A stretch of 24,847 nt of DNA from a virus (taxonomy: Duplodnaviria > Caudoviricetes), in the IMG/VR virus record IMGVR_UViG_3300020044_000412, positions 1 through 24,847 of that record, one strand, 5' to 3'. A program made the translations under genes and the position numbers. Shown one piece after another: positions 1-7,833 of the stretch (position 1 is its first letter; each line of letters opens with the position of its first letter). Below the pieces are notes generated by a model. The model did no database searches. It was not told the origin of the DNA and saw only the letters and a list, made by a program, of their open reading frames with translations.

Positions 1-747
1 GGTGCTGTAACAGGGCGTATGACGCATCACAGCCCTAACATGGCACAGGTTCCTGCTGTCAATGCTGACTATGGTGAGATATGTAGACAAGTATGGACTG
101 TAGATCCTGGCAATGTCTTAGTTGGCTGTGATGCTTCAGGGTTAGAACTGCGTATGTTAGCTCACTACATGAAAGATGATGAGTACACTAAGGAGGTGAT
201 CAATGGGGATGTCCACACTAAAAACCAACTCGCTGCTGGTCTTGAGAGTAGGGCGCAAGCAAAGACGTTTATCTATGCCTTTCTCTATGGAGCAGGGCCA
301 GCTAAGATTGGATCAATTGCTCAAGGGAGCGCCGAGGAAGGAAAGAAACTCATCGCCCGCTTCCTTAAGAATACGCCAGCTCTCAAAACACTTAAAGATA
401 AAGTTAGCAAATATGCAGAGAAGGGGTATTTACCTGCCCTTGACGGTCGTCGATTATGGGTACGGTCGGAACACGCAGCACTTAACACGTTACTTCAAGG
501 AGCTGGTGCGATCTCGATGAAGCAAGGTCTGATCCACCTACATGAGTCACTGAAGAAACATAAGATACCTGCACACTTTGTGGCTAATGTCCATGATGAA
601 TGGCAGATAGAATGTCCTAAGCAGTACGCTGATGATGTTGGTAAACTCGCTGTAGCAGCTATTGAGAAGGCTGGTGTTACCTTGGGTTTACGTTGTCCTC
701 TAACGGGTGAATACAAAGTAGGAAACAACTGGAAGGAAACACACTGA
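1..747 (+). CDS. polA: DNA polymerase family A (T7 gp5-like), C-terminal part, truncated by window edge
   Basis: Frame is open from base 1 (GAVTGRMTHHSPNMAQVP); motif A VGCDASGLELR, motif B RAQAKTFIYAFLYGAG, motif C VHDEWQ. Confidence 0.96.
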   Translation, partial: GAVTGRMTHHSPNMAQVPAVNADYGEICRQVWTVDPGNVLVGCDASGLELRMLAHYMKDDEYTKEVINGDVHTKNQLAAGLESRAQAKTFIYAFLYGAGPAKIGSIAQGSAEEGKKLIARFLKNTPALKTLKDKVSKYAEKGYLPALDGRRLWVRSEHAALNTLLQGAGAISMKQGLIHLHESLKKHKIPAHFVANVHDEWQIECPKQYADDVGKLAVAAIEKAGVTLGLRCPLTGEYKVGNNWKETH

Positions 748-962
748 TGATTACCAACTTTGATGAGATTGATTCTCTTGTCGTAACTATCAAGATAGGA
801 AAGGATGATGCTGGTTATGTAACAATGGATGTTGAGAGTGATAAGTTAGTATCAAACCGTATGATGTTGGCGTTGCTACATTCTATTGCTGAATCAGCTA
901 CAGAATCAATGATGGCTGAGATACAAAGTAGAGTATTGCTTGACAAATTTAAGATGCACTGA
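747..962 (+). CDS. Hypothetical protein, 71 aa
   Basis: TGATG coupling with the polymerase stop; GGAAGG upstream; fills the gap before the SSB gene. Confidence 0.7.
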   Translation: MITNFDEIDSLVVTIKIGKDDAGYVTMDVESDKLVSNRMMLALLHSIAESATESMMAEIQSRVLLDKFKMH

Positions 963-968
963 TATACT
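940..968 (+). promoter_or_regulatory. Sigma70-type promoter upstream of the SSB gene
   Basis: TTGACA (940-945), 17-nt spacer, TATACT (963-968) preceded by TGA (extended -10 TGn); GAGGA SD and ATG 998 follow. Confidence 0.85.
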
Positions 969-997
969 GTTATTGTATTTTCACTGAGGAAATTAAC

Positions 998-1402
998 ATG
1001 GAACAAAAACCTGTACGTATTGAAGCAACCTTAATGTGGCCCTTCCTTGATAAGCCTAACGATATGTCTGGTAAGTATCAAGTAGATCTGACTAATCTGT
1101 CAGACAAGGCTGTTAAGGCTTTGGAAGATATGGGTATCTCTGTTCGCAACAAAGAAGGTAAAGGATTTTACATTACCGCTAAGAGTAACCATGAGATCAA
1201 AGCATTAGATAAAAATGGTGAACAAGTCTTAGCACATATCGGTAACGGTACAAAGGCTGTCTGTGTTATGGGTTCATACTCATGGACCTTTAAGAACAAG
1301 AAAGGTGTATCACCTTCATTGAAGAAGCTAGTGATCACTGACTTGGTTACTTACAGTGCACAGCCTAAGCAAGACGAAGAAGAAACAGAAGACGTACTGT
1401 AA
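998..1402 (+). CDS. Single-stranded DNA-binding protein (T7 gp2.5-like)
   Basis: GKYQVDL and IGNGTKA motifs typical of gp2.5-like OB folds, acidic C-tail QDEEETEDVL, strong SD, position between polymerase and exonuclease. Confidence 0.75.
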   Translation: MEQKPVRIEATLMWPFLDKPNDMSGKYQVDLTNLSDKAVKALEDMGISVRNKEGKGFYITAKSNHEIKALDKNGEQVLAHIGNGTKAVCVMGSYSWTFKNKKGVSPSLKKLVITDLVTYSAQPKQDEEETEDVL

Positions 1403-2097
1403 TGAAGCTAATGCCAATCATTGATGGTGACATTCTCTGCTACCGTGTAGGCTTTGCCTGTAACGAGGAAACAGAGAAGGTTGCTATCAGAACGATGGCA
1501 GACATGTTGGAGGAGCTGATCTTTATTGAACTCTCCTCTAACATCCATGTCGGTTACTTAACAGGTAAGGACAACTACAGACATGACATCGCTAAGACAC
1601 AACCCTACAAAGGAAACAGAAAGGATGCGCCTAGGCCCGTACATCTTCACAGCCTTCGTGAGTACCTTATTACTGCTTGGGACTTCAGAGTGGCTGATGG
1701 ACAAGAGGCTGATGATGCTATTGGAATCCATGCCACGCTAACCAGGGATAGTTCAATCATCGTATCCATTGACAAAGACTTAGACATGATCCCTGGCCAT
1801 CACTACAATCCTGTGAAGAAAGATCATTACTACGTGAATGACAAAGATGCTATCAAGAACTTCTACCGTCAGATCCTTACTGGTGACAAGGTAGACAATG
1901 TACAGGGATTACGTGGTATTGGTCCTAAGAAGGCTGATAAGATCCTAGGCGACTTTGACACTGATCTAGCTATGTATGAAGCTGTTCTGAAGGCTTATGA
2001 TGGCGATGCTGAGCGTGTGTTAGAGAACGGACAACTACTGTGGATTAGACGTAGGAAGGATGAAATATGGCAACCACCGACACCATCGTCTACCTAG
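1402..2097 (+). CDS. 5'-3' exonuclease (T7 gp6/FEN-like)
   Basis: IDGD, YKGNR, EADD, DKD and GDKVDNVQGLRGIGPKKA (H3TH) motifs. Confidence 0.93.
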   Translation: MKLMPIIDGDILCYRVGFACNEETEKVAIRTMADMLEELIFIELSSNIHVGYLTGKDNYRHDIAKTQPYKGNRKDAPRPVHLHSLREYLITAWDFRVADGQEADDAIGIHATLTRDSSIIVSIDKDLDMIPGHHYNPVKKDHYYVNDKDAIKNFYRQILTGDKVDNVQGLRGIGPKKADKILGDFDTDLAMYEAVLKAYDGDAERVLENGQLLWIRRRKDEIWQPPTPSST

Positions 2098-2384
2098 AGT
2101 GGATAGACGCTGTAGCCAGCTCAGGATGGCAACTAAAGGGTACTGGCTCTGTAGCAAGATGTAAGTCCGTTGGGTTTATGACGCATGAGACTGATGATGA
2201 GGTACACCTAGCAGCAGCGGTAGGAGAGAATGATTGCAATGCTGTCATGATCATCCCTAAGAGCTGGATAAGTAATTGGACGGAGATTGACATTGAAGCC
2301 TTCAAGCGCAAAAAACAAAGGAAGACTGCTGCAAAAGCTGGTGGTGCAAAACCTAAGAGACACTTTCAACCTAAGCGAACATGA
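2067..2384 (+). CDS. Conserved phage hypothetical protein, 105 aa
   Basis: AAGGA SD; YLEWIDA...W...SVGF...IIP pattern recalled from phage hypotheticals; the basic tail arises from overlap with the next gene. Confidence 0.7.
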   Translation: MATTDTIVYLEWIDAVASSGWQLKGTGSVARCKSVGFMTHETDDEVHLAAAVGENDCNAVMIIPKSWISNWTEIDIEAFKRKKQRKTAAKAGGAKPKRHFQPKRT

Positions 2385-2718
2385 TTGCAAAAGCACACCA
2401 ATGGGTACACAGGGCGAGGATGTCTGGCTCTCGACGAATGCACTGGAACGATTTAGGTACGGCATTGAGTGCAAGAACAGAGCAAGAATCGCAGTCTACA
2501 CTGACTACGAACAAGCAATACGGCACTGTGAAGGCAAAGACAAAGAACCCCTCTTAGTTATCAAGCAGAATAGATCTGATCCTTTAGCACTGGTTAGCCT
2601 TAATCACTTCATAACACTAGCAGAGAAAGCTAAACTGTGGGAAGCACATCAGAAGCAGAAGACTGTAGAGGAAAGCAAACAAGCCACCAGGATGAGAAAG
2701 GTTTATGGCAAACATTAA
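2293..2718 (+). CDS. Holliday junction resolvase-like PD-(D/E)xK endonuclease, probable TTG start
   Basis: KPSSAKNKGR N-terminus, GED...IECKN core, EPLLVIKQNR; GGAG (2282-2285) lies 7 nt before TTG 2293. Confidence 0.8.
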   Translation: MKPSSAKNKGRLLQKLVVQNLRDTFNLSEHDCKSTPMGTQGEDVWLSTNALERFRYGIECKNRARIAVYTDYEQAIRHCEGKDKEPLLVIKQNRSDPLALVSLNHFITLAEKAKLWEAHQKQKTVEESKQATRMRKVYGKH

Positions 2719-3412
2719 AGTAGACTATATCGAACACATGGGCGATGACTTAAGGGTAGTTAATGCTGCTCGTGTTAGCTTTGATAAAGAGTCAGAGGCT
2801 GTTGATTGGTATGACACAGAGCAAGGTAACCACTACTTTCCTTTACCTGTGTTAGATCCTAAAGACATCAAGCTGATTAACTATCTAGCTAAACACAACC
2901 ATTGGAGTCCCTTCAGTCATTGTTTCATTCAGTTTAGGATCAAAGCACCGATCTTCGTAGCTAGGCAGTTGATGAAGCATACGGTAGGGTTAGCCTGGAA
3001 TGAAGTCAGTAGACGCTATGTTGATAGCTCACCAGAGTTCTATCAGCCTACTTACTTCAGACGTAAAGCACCAAATGTCAAGCAAGGAAGTTCATCAGAA
3101 CCTGTAAAAAGTCACACTGACTGGAATGCAACAGTTGACAAGTACACTGCTTATATGGTAACATTGTATGAGCTGATGCTTAAGGAAGGTATTTGCCCTG
3201 AGCAAGCTAGGATGATACTCCCCCAATCCATGATGACTGAATGGTATTGGAGTGGGAGCCTTTACGCCTTTGCTAGAGTATGTCAATTAAGGTTAGCAAA
3301 GGAAGCCCAAGCAGAGACAAGGATCGTTGCAGAGAACATCTGCCGAATCTGCTCTGAAGTATTCCCTAATGCCTGGGATGCCTTAATGAATGGAGATGAA
3401 GATGAACGATAG
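2705..3412 (+). CDS. thyX: Flavin-dependent thymidylate synthase
   Basis: VVNAARVSF, HWSPFSH, APIFVARQLMKHTVGLAWNEVSRRY (variant ThyX motif), PEQARMILP, AQAETR. Confidence 0.96.
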   Translation: MANIKVDYIEHMGDDLRVVNAARVSFDKESEAVDWYDTEQGNHYFPLPVLDPKDIKLINYLAKHNHWSPFSHCFIQFRIKAPIFVARQLMKHTVGLAWNEVSRRYVDSSPEFYQPTYFRRKAPNVKQGSSSEPVKSHTDWNATVDKYTAYMVTLYELMLKEGICPEQARMILPQSMMTEWYWSGSLYAFARVCQLRLAKEAQAETRIVAENICRICSEVFPNAWDALMNGDEDER

Positions 3413-3722
3413 TACAATTAATTTTCATATGTCAATAAGTTCAGAAGAAGACGAAGAAGGAAAGAAGCATAACGCTGATTATGGTTTTCCACTAAGCCAT
3501 ACAGTTAATATCAATGCTACCTATGATTATGGTATTGATTGGCCCACATTGTTAGAGAAAGCCTGTGAAGCTATCGGTGCTTATTACGGTTATGATGTCA
3601 AGGATAAAGTGTTTGTTGAACGGTTCGGACATATCGTTAACATATTCGGACATAAAGAAAACCTTCGCAAACAAACAGACATAACTGGCTATACAGACTC
3701 TGATGAGAATCCTGCTACTTGA
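3402..3722 (+). CDS. Hypothetical protein, about 106 aa
   Basis: GGAG 6 nt before ATG 3402; overlaps both neighbours; no recognised motif. Confidence 0.7.
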   Translation: MNDSTINFHMSISSEEDEEGKKHNADYGFPLSHTVNINATYDYGIDWPTLLEKACEAIGAYYGYDVKDKVFVERFGHIVNIFGHKENLRKQTDITGYTDSDENPAT

Positions 3723-4437
3723 TATCGAATCAGCACCTAACACTGCGTATGTCTGGGGTTTGTTCCAACAGAACATCAGTATCAGTCAGATCGTAGACAG
3801 CAGTAGTGTTTTGTGCTGGTCCGCTAAGTGGTATCAAGGTGATCAGTTAATGTTCAGCAGTATCCTAAACGGTAAGAAGACTATGCTAAAGAAGATCCAT
3901 AGTCTCTTAGATGAATGCGATGCTGTGGTACATTACAATGGAACTAGGTTTGACATACCTACACTAAACAAAGAGTTCCTAGAGGCTGGTATGTCTCCTC
4001 CAGCACCTTACCATCAGATTGATCTGCTTAAGACTGCTAGAAAGGAATTTAGGTTTCCTAGTAACAAGCTGGACTATGTAGCTAGAGCGTTAGGATTAGG
4101 TCAGAAAACTAAGCATGAAGGCTTTGAACTTTGGATCAAGTGTATGAACAAAGACAAAGCAGCATGGGAAGTCATGGAGCAGTACAATAAACAGGATGTC
4201 ATATTGCTGGAGAAGGTTTATGAGCGATTTCTTCCCTGGATTCGAACCCACCCTAACGTCTCAGTCAACAAAGACCACCGAAGCTGTACACGATGCGCTA
4301 GTATTAATCTACAGAGACGAGGGTTTAGTACCTCACTCACCGGAAAGTACCAACGCTATCAATGCCAAGACTGCGGTGGATGGCAACAACAAAGAAGGAG
4401 TGAACCAATTGCTTCCGAAGTACTCAAACCAAGCTAA
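3703..4437 (+). CDS. DEDDy/RNase H-fold 3'-5' exonuclease with C-terminal Zn ribbon
   Basis: ExoI LLDIESAP, ExoII HYNGTRFDIP, ExoIII YNKQDV; CTRC...CQDC. Confidence 0.88.
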   Translation: MRILLLDIESAPNTAYVWGLFQQNISISQIVDSSSVLCWSAKWYQGDQLMFSSILNGKKTMLKKIHSLLDECDAVVHYNGTRFDIPTLNKEFLEAGMSPPAPYHQIDLLKTARKEFRFPSNKLDYVARALGLGQKTKHEGFELWIKCMNKDKAAWEVMEQYNKQDVILLEKVYERFLPWIRTHPNVSVNKDHRSCTRCASINLQRRGFSTSLTGKYQRYQCQDCGGWQQQRRSEPIASEVLKPS

Positions 4438-4651
4438 ACAGGTTGGTGGTGATCACTATAAACAGACAACACTACAACCTTGGGATGTTATCTCAGCATG
4501 GTCACTAGACCCTTGGTTAGCTAATGTTGTTAAGTATGTGCAGAGACACCAACGAAAGAACGGTAGAGAAGATCTACTTAAAGCAGTACACTATCTGGAG
4601 TATGTGATTGAGAACTATGACTTAGTAAAGAGTAAGTATTATAAGGAGTAA
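4409..4651 (+). CDS. DUF3310 (T7 gp1.7/SaV-like) protein, probable TTG start
   Basis: QVGGDHYK...QPWD...NVVKYVQRHQRKNGREDLLKAVHYLE; AAGGAG (4395-4400) lies 8 nt before TTG 4409. The track start at 4196 would overlap the exonuclease by about 240 nt. Confidence 0.85.
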   Translation: MLPKYSNQAKQVGGDHYKQTTLQPWDVISAWSLDPWLANVVKYVQRHQRKNGREDLLKAVHYLEYVIENYDLVKSKYYKE

Positions 4652-4653
4652 CT

Positions 4654-4830
4654 ATGGCTTTAACGATTCTGGACTTATTTGAAAAGCTTAAGAGACTGGA
4701 TGAGATCTCTCTAATGGAGATCTTAGGGATAACAGCAGAAGAACTGGTAGACAGGTTTGAGGACAGAATCGAAGCCATGTTTGACCAACTTGTTGACGAA
4801 ATAGATGACACCGAAGAGGACGAAGAATGA
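4654..4830 (+). CDS. Small acidic protein, 58 aa (not in ORF track)
   Basis: TAAGGAG SD; MALTILDLFEKLKRLDEISLMEILGITAEELVDRFEDRIEAMFDQLVDEIDDTEEDEE; ATGA overlap with the nrdJ start. Confidence 0.88.
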   Translation: MALTILDLFEKLKRLDEISLMEILGITAEELVDRFEDRIEAMFDQLVDEIDDTEEDEE

Positions 4831-6725
4831 AGTTAAATAACTACTCAAGTTTTATCCACAAAAGCCGCTACAGTCGTTTCATTGACGAACAAGGCAGACG
4901 TGAGAACTGGAGTGAAACAGTTGAACGCTACATGGGATTCATGAAGAAACAACTGTTAGAAAAACACAAGTATGAGATTCCACAACACATCTATAAGACA
5001 GTGCATAAAGCAATCCTAAATATGGATGTGATGCCTTCGATGCGTTGTATGATGACTGCTGGAGAGGCACTTGAGCGCCAGAACATTGCTGGTTATAACT
5101 GTAGTTATCTGCCTATCGACGACCCTAAGTCCTTTGATGAGGCGATGTACATCCTACTGTGTGGAACAGGTGTTGGATTCTCAGTAGAGGCTAAGTATGT
5201 TAATCAACTCCCTGAAGTCCCTGATCAGTTATTCGATAGTAAAACTACTATCGTGGTATCCGACAGCAAAGAGGGCTGGGCTAAAGCATTACGACAACTT
5301 ATTGCTTTACTATACGCTGGAGAAATTGCAACCTGGGATGTATCCAAAGTTAGACCTGCTGGCTCCAGACTTAAGACCTTTGGAGGCAGAGCTTCTGGTC
5401 CAGAACCCCTCGTTGAACTATTCAAATTTGTTATTAGGAAGTTCCAAGCGGCCAAAAATCGTCGTCTGTCGTCCCTTGAATGCCATGATATTCTGTGCAA
5501 GATCGGGGAGGTTGTTGTTGTGGGTGGTGTGCGGCGTTCTGCAATGATCTCTTTAAGCGATCTCAGTGATGATCGTATGGCACACGCTAAAGCCGGTGCT
5601 TGGTGGGAACAGCAAGGACAACGTAGCCTAGCTAACAACTCTGCTGTGTATGATACAAAGCCTTCAGTAGGTCAATTCATGCGTGAATGGTGCTCAGTCT
5701 ATGAGAGTCATTCTGGTGAGCGTGGTATCTTCAACAGGGAGGCATCACAGAAACAAGCTGCTATCAATGGTCGTAGAGATCCTAATCATGACTTTGGTAC
5801 GAATCCCTGCAGTGAGATCATCCTACGTCCGTACCAATTCTGTAACCTCACTGAGGTCATTGTCAGGGCTACAGATACCATTGAGGATCTACGCTATAAA
5901 GTACGTGTAGCATCGATTCTAGGCACTTGGCAGAGCACAATGACTGACTTCCCTTACCTGCGTAAGATCTGGGAAAAGAACACCGCTGAAGAACGTCTAT
6001 TGGGTGTATCGCTGACAGGTATCTACGACAATCCATTGTTGAATGACCCTAATGATAATCAATTACCATTAAGACTACAGGATCTTAAGCATGAAGCAGT
6101 CACTGCGAATGAAGTTACAGCGAGTGCTCTGGGCATTCCCGTCTCTGCTGCGATCACTTGCGTTAAGCCTTCTGGTACTGTGTCTCAGTTGTGTGGCACT
6201 GCTAGTGGAATTCACCCACAACATGCTTCGTATTACATTAGACGTGTTAGATCGGATAAAAAAGATCCTCTCACAGCGTTTATGATCAGCCAGGGTATCC
6301 CTAATGAGCCTTGTGTTATGAGACCAGACAGTACAACAGTGTTCTCATTTCCTATGAAGGCTCCAGAGTCAGCAGTGACTAGGGATGATGTATCTTCTAT
6401 TGCACATCTAAACCTGTGGAAGGTGTATCAGCTTAATTGGTGCGAACATAAACCTTCAGTAACTATCTCAGTGAACGAAGAAGATTGGCCTACTGTAGGG
6501 GCTTGGGTGTACAGGAACTTTGATATCTGTACTGGTGTATCGTTCTTGCCTATGGATGGTGGTACGTATCGACAGGCTCCTTATGAGACATGTACTGAAC
6601 AAGAATACAATGAACTCTTAGCTAAGATGCCTGTGAACATCAATTGGGATGATCTTAAGGAAGTAGATGATAACGTCGAAGGTGCACAGCAACTAGCCTG
6701 TGTTGCCGGAGTGTGTGAGATCTAG
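4827..6725 (+). CDS. nrdJ: Class II (adenosylcobalamin-dependent) ribonucleotide reductase, RTPR-like
   Basis: YNCSY, GGVRRSA, GTNPCSEI (thiyl-radical Cys), FCNLTE, VKPSGT, C-terminal CVAGVCEI redox pair; no small-subunit gene adjacent. Confidence 0.94.
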   Translation: MKLNNYSSFIHKSRYSRFIDEQGRRENWSETVERYMGFMKKQLLEKHKYEIPQHIYKTVHKAILNMDVMPSMRCMMTAGEALERQNIAGYNCSYLPIDDPKSFDEAMYILLCGTGVGFSVEAKYVNQLPEVPDQLFDSKTTIVVSDSKEGWAKALRQLIALLYAGEIATWDVSKVRPAGSRLKTFGGRASGPEPLVELFKFVIRKFQAAKNRRLSSLECHDILCKIGEVVVVGGVRRSAMISLSDLSDDRMAHAKAGAWWEQQGQRSLANNSAVYDTKPSVGQFMREWCSVYESHSGERGIFNREASQKQAAINGRRDPNHDFGTNPCSEIILRPYQFCNLTEVIVRATDTIEDLRYKVRVASILGTWQSTMTDFPYLRKIWEKNTAEERLLGVSLTGIYDNPLLNDPNDNQLPLRLQDLKHEAVTANEVTASALGIPVSAAITCVKPSGTVSQLCGTASGIHPQHASYYIRRVRSDKKDPLTAFMISQGIPNEPCVMRPDSTTVFSFPMKAPESAVTRDDVSSIAHLNLWKVYQLNWCEHKPSVTISVNEEDWPTVGAWVYRNFDICTGVSFLPMDGGTYRQAPYETCTEQEYNELLAKMPVNINWDDLKEVDDNVEGAQQLACVAGVCEI

Positions 6726-6727
6726 AT

Positions 6728-6754
6728 AAAAAAAGCCCTCCATCAAAGGAGGGC
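6728..6754 (-). terminator. Intrinsic terminator for the late (-) arm
   Basis: On -: GCCCTCC-TTTGAT-GGAGGGC followed by T7 (A7 at 6728-6734 on +); no T-tract on the + side. Confidence 0.85.
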
Positions 6755-6775
6755 GAACGGTCACTAAGGAAAACT

Positions 6776-6949
6776 ATGCCAAATATATGGGGTTGGTCGT
6801 TTCTGTCAGGGTTTATGTTGGGTATCTGCTATTCTGATGATTTTGTCGTAACTGACGAGGACGGAGACGAGGCTTTTCTCGAAGGGTTCTTCGTCTTTAT
6901 TAACATTGCTATCTTTAGCTTTGTTGTTGGTTGGGCTAAGGAAGAGTGA
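6776..6949 (+). CDS. Small hydrophobic/acidic protein, 57 aa (not in ORF track), antisense-overlapping the endolysin
   Basis: TAAGGA SD 6 nt before ATG; MPNIWGWSFLSGFMLGICYSDDFVVTDEDGDEAFLEGFFVFINIAIFSFVVGWAKEE has two hydrophobic segments around an acidic loop. Confidence 0.72.
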   Translation: MPNIWGWSFLSGFMLGICYSDDFVVTDEDGDEAFLEGFFVFINIAIFSFVVGWAKEE

Positions 6950-7387
6950 TGCCTCAGCTTCACGACGAAGAATCAAGCCTCTGGTTACTTTACCTGCTGC
7001 AAGATTCCAACGCTTTAGTTCTTGAGCAGCTTCCTCCCATCGTTCTTGGTTTATTCTTGTTCGCATCGTGGATGACCTCAACCTAGCTGGTCCTAGATTA
7101 TAAGTCCAACTAAGGATCGCAGCAGCTTTATTATCGTGTTTCGTCAACACTGGACAGGCTTTATAGACTTGAAGTAGGAACCTCTCTGCATCAAGTTCAA
7201 ATAAGGCTTGTCCTCTTTCTTTTGTGATCTCAGGATCATCTAAGGTAACCTTATCTCCATTCTCGTACATCGTAGATCCCCAACCTATGGTGGGTACGTT
7301 AGCACTACAGAGATAAGGTTTACTTCTCCATCCTTCGAATCTCTTAATCAATGGTTCAGCGATTGAGATTACTTCTTTGATTCCCAT
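6806..7387 (-). CDS. Endolysin, GH24 lysozyme
   Basis: IKRFEGWRSKPYLCSANVPTIGWG (E-x8-C-x5-T triad), YNLG, SSTMR, GLILRREAEA; extra ~44-aa C-terminal tail. Confidence 0.94.
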   Translation of the reverse strand: MGIKEVISIAEPLIKRFEGWRSKPYLCSANVPTIGWGSTMYENGDKVTLDDPEITKERGQALFELDAERFLLQVYKACPVLTKHDNKAAAILSWTYNLGPARLRSSTMRTRINQERWEEAAQELKRWNLAAGKVTRGLILRREAEASLFLSPTNNKAKDSNVNKDEEPFEKSLVSVLVSYDKIIRIADTQHKP

Positions 7388-7833
7388 ACCCTACCAACAA
7401 AATAAAACGAAAGTATCATAGCAAGCATTCCCTCATCGAAATCAGTCCAGCCTGTAACGAGTACAGAAGTCCAACTACCGTCTTGTAAGAAAGCTAAGTA
7501 AAGTCCTGCAATCTTTACTGCTGAGTAAAAGAAAACAAACCAGTAAGTCACTGCTGGTCTAACCAGTGCTGACAGCGATGCTACCCACTTCCAAGCTTTA
7601 CCATCAGACTCTGCTTGTTGTTTGAATGCTTCACCGATAGCATCTAATTCATGCTCTTGTAGACGCTGATATCCTTGCTGTAGAGCAAACTCTGCTTGCA
7701 TCTTAGCAATAGATACCTCAACGTCTAACTTCTTTAGCTCATGCTCTCTTTCAAACTTACGATCTAAGATCTTCAGTACTTCAGGGGCTAACCTGAATAC
7801 ACCACCGATAAGAGCACCAATGAGTTCAAACAT
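7369..7833 (-). CDS. Putative holin (GTA-holin 3TM-like)
   Basis: Hydrophobic N-terminus, coiled coil, VRP motif then two TM segments ending FYFVGR; directly upstream of the endolysin. Confidence 0.7.
   Translation of the reverse strand: MFELIGALIGGVFRLAPEVLKILDRKFEREHELKKLDVEVSIAKMQAEFALQQGYQRLQEHELDAIGEAFKQQAESDGKAWKWVASLSALVRPAVTYWFVFFYSAVKIAGLYLAFLQDGSWTSVLVTGWTDFDEGMLAMILSFYFVGRVWESKK

Noticed and set aside
2287-2320. TTGACA as a second sigma70 promoter
   Set aside because: No -10 hexamer at 16-18 nt spacing.
4196-4408. N-terminal extension of DUF3310 in the ORF track
   Set aside because: Lies within the exonuclease gene; a good SD supports a start at 4409.
4578-4811. 77-aa - strand ORF
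   Set aside because: Antisense to the better supported + ORF 4654-4830.
4827-6725. Intein or intron in nrdJ (also checked the polymerase and thyX)
   Set aside because: Continuous frames of ordinary length with no splicing or homing-endonuclease motifs.
7290-7387. SAR-endolysin regulation suggested by the catalytic Cys variant
   Set aside because: The N-terminus is short and charged with no signal-anchor helix; Cys at this position is common in GH24.
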